A stretch of DNA of 64,000 nt. Origin: Bispira polyomma (lineage: Eukaryota). Within the stretch, counting starts at the first letter, position 1. Each line of letters begins with the position of its first letter. The stretch is from NCBI GenBank assembly GCA_965649765.1, contig OZ287748.1, positions 58,156,001 through 58,220,000 on the forward strand, in the 5' to 3' direction. Below the pieces are notes generated by a model that was given only the letters and a program-made list of their open reading frames with translations, made no database searches and was not told the origin of the DNA. This document shows positions 24,101 through 36,100 of the stretch, piece after piece. Position numbers and translations under genes: made by a program.

Positions 24101-27100
24101 ACAATTTACACAGCTTATCATTGTTAACTCACAAACTCTTTACTCTGAATTAACTATTCCTAAATGTAGCATTTCCTTTTTAAGACTGTTTTAAGACTGA
24201 CTTAAGACTTATTTTGGACTGCTATATATGTAAATATATTTGAGTAGACATTTAATCAGTAACAGCTGTGAAAACAAGTAAATCCTAAAGGAATACTGAT
24301 TGAATGGGATAAAGGTAAATTTCTTATTTGTTTCTATTCTTTGATAAGTCTCAGTGATGTACCTTCTATAAACATTGAGATTTACTTGTTAGAGTACAAA
24401 AGAACATGTATTACGGACAACACACAAACCAAAAAGCTATAAAATCACGTCACAATAATTTAAACTCAGATTAGAAGTTGATGATATATATTATTTACAC
24501 CAAAAATACAAGTTAGAAGATACACAAAGCATTCGGCCTTATTAGGGATAATAAGCAGATTTAGACAAACAAAAGTTGTCTTTTAAAAAAGACACAGGCT
24601 CACAGTGTGAAATACACTAACATTGATATGGTCACTGTATACTCAATCTCCAGGCTGTGCCTGATAACAATGGATCGGACACTCCTCAGTATGTCATTAT
24701 AACCACTTAGTATGTCGACTTACTATGGCGTTATTACAGCTTAGTATGTCATTATAACATTTTTTCCTTAGTTGACCCTAATAGGCTCCCATACATATAT
24801 ACTTCTAGCTTGTCTGTAGCACTTGATGGTATGTCTAAACTACAAGAATTGTATATCATGTTACATATAAACAGTCTTCATTTACTGATTTGTGCTCAAT
24901 TTAATAACATGTGGCATTAAACACTGTGAATAAAATTAATATCATCATAGAAAAGGTGACAACCTTAAAGCTATAGTGGCTATAATATGCTATAAATAGA
25001 GTTGTATGTGATCAAAAAATGAATATGTAAGGTCACATGTGAGGTATTTATTTTGCCATATATAGCCAACATGATCGCCTTTATGTGTATTTATAGCAAA
25101 GGAAACTAAGAACTGTAGTTACATACAGTTTTAAATATAAACAGAATTCTTCCATAAATGGTTTTATGCGAAGTCATAGTGTACATAACTTAAAACAGTT
25201 ACATGTGGTAGTCAAGTTTTCAATATTTGATATCGTACCCAACACAAGTCATCTATAACCGGTCTATTCATATATTTAAAGATGCTTGTTTCCCAGGAGA
25301 TGTTTTCAATGTGGATACCCATTCCACAAAAAACATTAAGTTTAGTCAAAATATTAGCTTAGTTTTAATCATGTAAATATTGATGGTCATGCCTGAAATG
25401 ATAATGATAATGCATCTACATGGTCATAATTGTTTCATTATTTTAAACATATAAAACACCACAAAGATGTGATGTTCACCATACTTAAAACTTACATATA
25501 TAGCTAAACACAAATAATCTAATCTAATCTAATCTAATCGTACTTTTATAGCGCTTAATCTTTGTACAACAAATTCTAAGGCGCAACAAACCCAAAACGT
25601 TAATCGCAAATCAAAAATAGTGGGCGGATGGAAGTCGTAACCAGGGAGACTACCGTAGATGGTTGCGACGGCTTAGGTGGAAAAGTCTGTTCAAAAAGAT
25701 AGGCCTTCAGCTTACTCCTGAAAGAGGAGAAAGTTTGAGCCAGGCGAACATGATCAGGTAGGCTGTTCCAAATGAGGGGGCCATCATGAGCTAGGCAGTG
25801 ATTGAACTGAACTTTGGATTTGTGGATGCGAGGGTCGAAAGTGGGAATGTTAAGGTATAATTTATCAGGGTTACTGCGCCTAGTCCTGACTGAGCATGTA
25901 TATTTGGATAGATGGGGGCTAAAATAAGTGGGTAATCCAGAATTTAGAAATTTATATATTATTGTTGCTGTTTTGAAAGCAACACGATATTTTATTGGGA
26001 GCCAGTGCAGTGACTTGAGTACAGGAGTAATGTGGGAAAATTTAGATGTTTTGGTCACAATACGTGCCAAGGAGTGTTGGATATTCTGAAGGCGTCTGAG
26101 ATCACTACGAGATAAGGAACGGAACAGAGAGTTGCAGTAATCAAGCCTGCTGCTGACCAAAGCATTGGCAACAGTGATTGCAGTGGATTTGGAAAGATAG
26201 CGTCGAATCTGCCTGAAATCACGGAGGCCAACAAAACATGATCTACACACCGATGCGACATGGTTCGAGAAGGAAAATTCAGAGTCGAACACCACACCCA
26301 GGTTTTGTACTTTGTCAGCTGGAAAAAACCTGCTGCCAAGAATGTCAAGTGGAAAACAGCTGGACAATTTTTCCCGTTGTGACTTGGAGCCAAACAAAAT
26401 AAACTCAGTCTTCTCAGGGTTCAGCTTGAGTTTATTTGCTGCCATCCAGTGTTGTACATCAACAAGGCAGTTCTGTAAGGAAGTGAAAGCTACCTGGGCA
26501 GAGTCAGGTGTAAGGTGGATGTACAGTTGGGTATCATCAGCATAGAAGTGAAAGTTTATGTTTTTGTATGCAGCAATAATCTTGCTGAGTGGAGTGGTGT
26601 ACATGGAAAACAAAATGGGACCCAGGACGGAACCTTGGGGAACACCAAATTTTAACCATGTTGGGTCGGATAAGATATTGCCAATTTTGACTGATTGGAA
26701 TCTATCAGATAAATATGCCGTGAACCACTTAAGCGCCATACCGCTGATACCGAACCAGGACGATAGGCACTCAAGAAGAACTTTGTGATCAATAGTATCA
26801 AAGGCTGCTGACAGATCCAGCAGTACTAAGGCAGTAGGCATACCTTTGGATAAAGATGTATGAACATCATTTTTGATGCAGAGAAGTGCAGTCTCAGTAG
26901 AATGACCACTTTTGTAGGCTGACTGATACTTATTGGACAGATTGCTGACGTCAACATGTTGTTTGATCTGTAAGGCAACCGCGCGTTCTACTAACTTAGA
27001 GATATAGCAAAGGCCTGAGACAGGACGGTAATTTTTCAAGTCAGCCTTTGGAAGAGAAGGTTTTTTTATTAAAGGAGTGACAATAGCCTTTTTAAAATCA

Positions 27101-30100
27101 TCTGGAAAGACGCCATTTATCAACGAGAGGTTGATAAGTTTTGTGATTGAGGGCAATAAAATGTCAATACATTCTTTGACAAGGAATGTGGGCCACGGAT
27201 CTAGCAAGCAAGATTTTACGGGTGATGCCAGTATAATTTTCCTGACTTCATCAACAGTTACTGTGGAGAAACAGTTGAAGACGGTTGGTGGAGCTGTTGG
27301 TAAAGGGGCATTTGGGGCAGCTAATGTAAAACCGTCACGGATTCTGGTAATTTTATCAGTGAAAAAAGTACTAAAAATGTTTGCCAGTGATTTGCTATTG
27401 GAATTTTCGGGTAGTATAGTCTGTTTTTTGCGGTGGAGGGTGTTATTTAGTTTTTGCCAAAGTTTCTTTGGGTCACCCTCGCTTTGAGATATCATGTTAG
27501 CATAGTAGGCACGTTTTGAGTCATTTATAGTGTTATACCAATAGCACATTACACCCACAAGATTTATCAGACCAAGACCCAGCCTGTGTAAGTATGCCAC
27601 ATACCCATCATATTCCAAGACTACCTGCCAAGGCCAGAATCCTTCTGATGCATCATCACCCTGAGCTATCTTACGTCTCTCCCTGTTGATCACAGTCTCG
27701 CTCCTTGATCCACATGCTACAGAAAGTCAAGAGTAAAGTCCCATTTAACTTCTGAAGTATGTCATTAGAGCAACCTCCCATTTAACTTCTGAAGTATGTC
27801 ATTAGAACTGTAATTACCTTGGCCAAGGATGTTATTTTGGTCTGTGTGCATCGGTTATAGTCTGGCGGTTTTTTGGTCGCCAGGATTACACAAGAATGTA
27901 TTCATTCAATTTACAAGACCAGTTCATAAAATTTGGATTGGATCCCAGTATAAAGGCAGATCCGAGAATTGTATCACTTGTGAAGACACTGAGGCGCCTT
28001 GTAGGGTATGTGCTACACAGTATGCCATTTCAGGTCTAGATGCAAAGCACAATTGCACCATGGCAAGGAAGTACTGGGAATTTGTAAGAGAAAACTGCCC
28101 TCCTTCAATTTTGTGGGGGTGGAAAACAACCCTCCCAGGCAGAACCCATTGAATCATGATGTGTTTGAAGTGTGCTATGAATTAATTTTTCTACTTACTC
28201 GGGCTTTAATAATCAAAGGTACAGTCCTTTCATGTAGCTCCTCACATGTTATTGCAGTTAAAAGTATGTGCTTTTAAAGTGTGCTATGGATTAATTCTTT
28301 CACTTACTCAGGCTTTAATAAACAAAGGTACAGTTGCAATCAACAGTAGACCTGGTTTTGTCATTTGTCAATCAATGTATATAAAAGTGGGCAGCTATGG
28401 TAAGTTGTCATTATCTTTTATTAGAGTAAAGTATTTAAGAGCACATTCACCTCACTAATTAATTATGGAAGAAATAAAAAATACCAGACAAGGATTGAAA
28501 ATTTGTTTTGAGGGCTTTCTTTACACCAAAAAGTCCGTAAAAAAATGTTATTCAGTGGGAGTGCTCTTATAGCCGAAAGTACCTCTGTAAAGTATAGGCT
28601 TATACACTGGATTTAATGTAAGTTCATATTAAATTCTAGATAAATCATAGACCATTGTAGTTTTTTTCAATCTTATGTGGAAAGCAATAAAATGTTTCCC
28701 AAGTATATGAACTGAAGCAAGGAGGGCAGTTTTCCACCCCTACAAAATTAAAGGAGGGCAGTTTTCTAGGAGGACAGTTTTCTAGGAGGGCAATTTTCTA
28801 GGAGGGCAAATTTCCCGGATTCATTTGAAAGTCATTTTAATCTGTATACTTAACTGTGTAACAATATTTCAAAGTTGAGGGATCCAAAATATAGAACTCT
28901 CTAAATAATGATCTAAAATTATGCAGGACATTCAATACTTTTAAATAATATTATAGATTAAAGAATAATATATCACATAGTATCATACAATTAAAAAGAT
29001 CTAAAGTAGTGATATCAGTAAAACTTTCATATTTACTTTTTTTTGTTGTTAATGTGTACATGTCTTTTTTGTATACATTTGTAATTATTTTTTTTTCTTT
29101 CTGTCAAAAGTGGGTTAATAAACCTTGTAAAAGCTATAGCTTATGTTTAGTGGCCTTTCAGTGCACTACAACCCTGTTTTTTATGTTTATATAAGTTTTG
29201 TTACTAAATGTATCTTATGGCACTAAATAAATTATTATGATTATATGGCACACTCAAATGCAACTAATATCGTTTTTCCTGTCACAAAGTATATATATTT
29301 ATGCCTTATTATTTATATAGTTCAATATAATTATCATACACCAGTCTTTATCTATTTATATTTAACTATATAGTCCACTCTATTCCAACATTAACTGAAT
29401 TCAATGGGTTTACCCGTAAAGATATAGATTATACACATTCATCATCATTTATTTTTCCAAGCTAGTAATTTTCTACACCAATAAAGTGCAACAGATTAGG
29501 TGGTATGTTAGAAAAGACTCTATATGTGCTGAATTACTTACTTAGTCTATTACATATTGGTTTTCTTACCATTGTATGTGCACGTCATTGTCAATGCCTC
29601 CCCATTACAAGTATGTCCACTAAAACATATAATACAGCAAGTCATAATACAGCTATCTCCCACTGTGTGTTAACTTGTATATTTGCATATTTTACATGAA
29701 CAAAATAATTAGGTGGGTGTTGTGGAAGATTTGCATTATTTTGCCTACAATATTTAAAATCTTTTAGTCTATCTCTTAAATATATGCCCCAATTCTTTTT
29801 CTGTATTTTTGAACTCTACCTTCATCTTTACCTTGTCACTGGGGACTGACTAGTGTTACTTCAGTTAAACATCAACAAATCATACTGTACCCACACTCAC
29901 ATAGTGTATTAGATGAGTATCATGGAGTTGTTATCTATAAACCTTAATAGTTTTCATATTCCTACTACACCTTTGGTGGGGGCCGCAGTAGCCTAGTGGT
30001 TAGCAAGCATTGCGCTTCACAATCACTGGTCTCTCACTTCTGGGCAGCGTGAGTTCGACTCCCGTCGATTCCTATGTGGGAAAGGTGGTAATTTCTAACT

Positions 30101-33100
30101 GTGGGCCACTGATTTCAGTGCAGAACCTTGATCAACTGTATGCAGTGTTTCCTCCAGCGTTTCCAACTACCCATCCCAATATAACCTAAACAGATACTAG
30201 AGTGGACGTTAAATATCCAAATTCAAATCAAATTCAACTACACCTTTGGTCATGATAATCCTAGTATACCATATGTTCACCATTTTTGTAGCATATCCTT
30301 CCTCTGAATGTTAAAACTTGTTCATCTTGTATATCTTACAACATGGCTCGGTGGACTAAGTTTTTTTTGAGGCATGTATATAGCCCTGAATGTATGAATG
30401 CATTCTCTAAGGCACTTGTTCTTAGGGAGCGATAGTCCTACAGCATAGCATCGGTCGTTATAACAGCCAATGACGTGTTCACATCTTGCTCTAAGATATT
30501 ATCACCCAGTAAGCATAATGTCATTACCTGGAATCCAAACCTGTGACCTTCACTGGACTAACTCCCTAACCGCTTAGTCATGGCAGACAACATCAGATTC
30601 ATAGAAAGTATTGTCAGCATTTTGAGTGTGAAAAGTATAGTACTAGTCGAAAAAATTAAAATACATTGTCTATTGTCCAATACATAACACCAGGATATCA
30701 AATGTAAATGAAAATTTACTTTGATAATATAGATGTTCTAGGCGGTGTGTTCGTGACTTCAGATGATTGGAAAAGTATACTAATGGACTAACACAACTTC
30801 AGTAATGAAACTGTTAAACTGCTTTGGATGTTTAACTTCAGTTGTTTTTATTCACATTTGACCATTTCAAATATATATTCATCGTAAACTGATGCATTCT
30901 AACATCTTTCTAAACCAATTATCTATATATGTTTATATATGGTGTAATTTTGTGTGGTTAATAAACAATTCCATATAGAACAACCGCCTAAAGAAATTCA
31001 TCCCTTATTTTGCATTTTCAAATAACTTACTGAGAAAATACCCCCTTTAAGGTTGAAGTGAAGTTCTGTTGCTGTGGTAACAGAAACCCATTGGTGACAT
31101 ACTGAGACACACTGCTAAGGTCTGTGGTTCCACTGGATACAGCAGTTCTTTAACACATAGATCAGACATACAAGATATACTGTTCATTAAGTGGACCTGT
31201 TCGCTGGATGCAAATAGTATTAAATTAAAATTTGCTATGTTAGAGAAACACACTCGAATTATTTCAACTCTTTACTTAGTCTCTAGTTTTAAATCACAAT
31301 GATAAATACAAGTTTAAATTCTAACTTTGAATTAATTTTTACCTTAAAAGCAAACTAGCTAAAATATCTAAAATTAATTCCTAGTGAAAATTTTTACCTA
31401 TGGCGTACTAAACAGAGTCCTAACCACAGTTTGTATCAAACTTCTAAACAGACTAAACAGTATCCAATCACATTAGATCAGTAATATACAATACTGACAG
31501 AACTGATGTGGTACAAATTGCAGACTTATTCTTTACAAATCTGTCATACTTTCTCTACAAATTCACAATAAAGTGAACACTCACCCATATCTCATGACTG
31601 TACAGGTGTGGTCATTCTATCCCTCATTCCAGTCATTACACAATAAAGTGAACACTCACCTGTATACCATGACTGTACAGGTATGATTATTCCATCCCTC
31701 ATTCCAGTCAGTACACAATAAATTAAACACTCACCCGTATCCCATGACTGTACAGGTATGATTATTCCATCCCTGGTTCCAGTCAGTACACAATAAATTA
31801 AACACTCACCCGTATCCCATGACTGTACAGGTATGATTATTCCATCCCTGGTTCCAGTCGGTACACAATATATTAAACACTCACCCGTATCCCATGACTG
31901 TACAGGTATGATTATTCCATCCCTCATTCCAGTCAGTACTACACACTGGGGTCTGAACTCCTTGATACATCACAAGAAGGGCTTTTGTTGAGTGATCAAG
32001 ACTCACTACAATTACATTGGTATATAATCATGTGACGTGTGTTGCTAAAAATAGCAGACAAAGGAATACACAGGCCTGGGGTGATGAATAGTCCATTGAG
32101 ACAAGCCAAACTTACCTTATCGGTAGTATTTCATAGAAATGTAATTTTTAAATTATCATTTAATATAGATGCTTTTCTATTGTATTTAGTCACTGAGACA
32201 TGTCTGATTAAAGTTGTGTCTTGACTTATTCAATATTTGACACATGCAAGTATTTCTCTAGCCACATATTAATGGACTTAACAAAGGATTAGTTACTCGC
32301 AAAAGGTTTTTTAAAAAATTAAACATGTAATATAATGCTCAATTTGTCAGTGCCATTCATGCTGACCTCCATTATCTGATTTCTTCAAAAAGTATAATAT
32401 AATACTCTGTAACAATAGAATCTTTATTATTCGACCATGTTAGAAGAGCAAGAATTATTATTCGACCACGTTGGAAGAGCAAGAATTATTTTTCTTAAAT
32501 TAGAAGGGGTAATTCAGTATCAAGAAATAGGAAAACAAAAAATTTGAGTAAAAATTAGTTCCTCAAACCATGCATTTGTACAATTATTATAGAAGTTTGG
32601 ATACTAGGTATTCTGCTGTAGTTGGTCTACTTACCACAATACCATTCATCTGAGCCATCCTTGCAGTCTCTCTCTCCATCACACCTGACAGATAAACTGA
32701 CGCAACTCTCGTAATCTAAACAGGTAAACTGCTGGACAGTACAAACTGGACCACCTGAAGCAGATGCATGGTAATTGTATAGACATAATAAAACATTGTT
32801 TCAAGGGTTATCAAATACAGTCAATTTTGTTATTTTATAGAGAATGTACCCAATATTCAAAACAATTTACTGGATTCTACACAACTAAAGGTTTTTTTCA
32901 TTGGCTATTGTGGAAGCACTTTTTATCAATGGTATGGTTGCTTTGATAATTTTTGAGGGCCTGAAGGGGTTTACAAATCATTGACGACACGACACTACAC
33001 CACAGGGGACGACACGCCACTGCATGACAGTAATATACACACCAAACACGACACCACACTAAATAATACATATAAAAGTGTGAATGTACCTCCTCTGTGC

Positions 33101-36100
33101 CCCCTCCCCCCACAATACTTTTAGTACATAATGCATATGAGTTAACTCGTAACGACATAATGTTTGTTTTAGAGATTTCTGCAAGTTAAATTGCATATTA
33201 ATCTTCAATATTTTAATGTTGCTTTGACTTGTCTTTGATAAAAATGTTTATAAAAAGGAGTAGATAACAACAAAACCCCCACTTATTATATACCCCACCT
33301 TGATTGCCGAAGAGAATTTGAGCTAGTCCACCAGTAGGACTAGTTCATTTGACTAAACTCTAATGCATATCTTGTTAGTGTGTATGTGGCTTATCACCCC
33401 CAGCTTACAGTTACTCTCATCCTCCCCACTTGGACAGTCTCCTTCCCCATCACAGACCAGGTCATCAAGGATACAGGCCCCATCATCACACTCAAAATGG
33501 TGGTTCTCATCACAAGCTAAACAGATAAACAAAATATAGTGATCATGTTTTTAAAACCCATCATGACGTCCAAACTGATGCCTCTCATCACAGGTTTAAA
33601 TGTGTAATGGAAGTATATTCATTTTTAATGACAAATATAAAGACTACAAGTGATGCAAAAACTTTATCAAGTCTGTTTAATATAACAGGTGCTTAAATAT
33701 TTTAAGTTTCTGAATTTTATCATTTTAAAATACATCTATCAAATTGTGCATTCAGTTAAAATCTTGATAAACCATACTTCATTTGCAAATGCAGACTTTT
33801 AAACATTGTTTCATTTGTACAAATTTTATAAAACCATAATGCATGGATATTCAGTTATTCCTGCCCATGAAAGACATTTCAATTATATCAAAGAATGAAG
33901 TAGTAATATTATTTCAGGAAATGGCTTTCATTTTGAATTTAAAGTAACACATTAGCTTTAAAGGTCTATCTTGAACATAAGTAGATAAAAATGATTCAAA
34001 TATCCAAGTGGAGTTCAATTTTGCAATAAAACTATAAAAAACAATCTGACCACAGTTGACTTCATCACTGCCATCATCACACTGTGTATACCCATCACAG
34101 ACATGTCGGGACCTCAGGAGACAGAGTTTGGAGAAGGGACACTCGTAGTACTGAGACGTGTCACTGCAGTGAGCTGTGAGGTAAATGACATAGACTTTAA
34201 CATGTGTATTGTAATGAATACACATCTCTTACTAGTACCGGGATGTATCACTGCAGTCATAGTCATGACATAAAGTGTCACAGATGTAGTAAAACTAGAG
34301 TTTTAAGCATTTACTTTTTACAAATTAGTACATAGTATACAGGGTAAAGAGGATTAAATAGTAAATTTTTAAAATTTGAATGTAATTTTAAAACACCCAT
34401 AACAAGCAAAATATAATCATACATAAAATGTACATAACAAGTAATCACTGTATGCAATCAAAACTAGTCCGAAACCAAAAATTTACTATATAGTTGTATA
34501 TATTTCCAACTTTACATTGGAATTTGTAAATAAACTTAGCCCAAACAACATCAGACTTTTTAAACATCACTACTACATAAAACTAAAAATATCACATTGG
34601 TATGAAACTTCAACTTAATTATTTCAAAACAGTTTGGAGACTGTTTCCAAAAAACAACTAACTTCTAATACTGTGGTCACACTGGGCCAACATTTTGATT
34701 ACGCACAAAAAATTGCTAGTAAAACGACGACAGTAAAACAAACTATACATCCAAATAATACTTAAAACGAAGCGAACGAAAACGAAACTGGTTTAGAAAC
34801 GTAGCTAACGTATTTTAAAATGTGGCAAATAATACAAACACAATTGAAACAGCTATTAAAACATGTTAAATGCGTGTTCAAATGTGTACAGATGTGTACA
34901 GAACGTGCACAAAATGGCCCATACATTGATTTTTTGCTTTATCTCGTTTATTTCTGTTTTCTTACGTTTACGGAATTTTAAACGTATCGCAAACGTGCTC
35001 AGTGTGAACACAGCTTTAAATTCAAGTTTCAGACTAGCCGATTAATTCTAATTTTTTTTTTAATAAAATACAGTTTAAAAAAAGGTCGAAACCCACCTCA
35101 CTGAGACAATATTTAATTGTATAAGCATAGTTTCTAATTTCCAAATAACAACTTTTATAGCAATGTATTGGCCAATATACAAGGAAAATTCATCAGGTAC
35201 TTGTCATATAGGCTGGTAGTTCACAGTGATTCAGTTCTGGCTTTTTCTGGTAAATCTGGCTGTCATGATCTGACCTGTGCTGTTGAAAGTGCCGTACAAA
35301 CCAAGTAAATCGAAATTTAAATCAAATACTTTTTTTTAACTTTAGTAGTTAAGAACTTACCACAGTTGATTTCATCTTCCCCTGAGATACAATCACCATA
35401 ACCATCACACACAACATGGCTTGTAAAAGATTCACCTGAACTACAGTGAAAGTCAACCTCTGTAATATATATTCAAGGTTACAAATCACCATTAAATGTA
35501 TCAATGACAATTTGGTATCACAGGAAAGAATATCCAATGTGATTAAGAGTAATACCACATTGATCATCATGAGATCCACAATTTACTGTGAAATGCCTAC
35601 TTCAGATAGAAAGTTTTATCGCCGAAAATCATCCACACATTACACCTCACTTCACAACTTGGCGTCACCTTTTAACTCTGACTTTTATAACATGTCATAC
35701 TTGGTAACTGGAGGTAAATCCCAACTGGCCAAAGACCACTTTATCACCTTCTCATTACTGATCTACACAAGGTATGTAGTGACCTAGTGGTTAGGAAGTT
35801 TGTCTGGTCATCAAAAGGTCAACGATTCAAGACCTTCTAATGCTGCAACGTTTATTGGTGAGATACCATCCTTGGGCAAGAGGTGAACATGCCGATAGGC
35901 GCCAAGACTATGTTCTAGGACTATCCCTTTTGGGGGAAAAGTGCCCTACATGGTAATATATCAATAGAAAGTTTAATTTATACAAATGCTTTAATAATAA
36001 TAATACATCAAATAACAAGACCAAGCTTTCCACATTCAACCTTTCACTAAGACCACTTTAAATTACACTTGATGACCACACTGATAACATTTTTAGTGCT

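Noticed and set aside
26055-27487. Overlapping or antisense ORFs within the LINE (and equivalents at 39601-42255)
   Set aside because: Shadow frames of the RT coding sequence
25600-27693. 697-aa ORF as a stand-alone RT gene or a prokaryotic retron/DGR/group II intron RT
   Set aside because: The motifs and ATTAG tail are those of an L2/CR1-group LINE. The N-terminus is a host exon plus intron, and the start is a GTG inside that exon.
31592-31927. 111-aa repetitive ORF, or a CRISPR-like array
   Set aside because: Alternative frame of the 75-bp exon/donor tandem repeat; no unique spacers, and the context is eukaryotic
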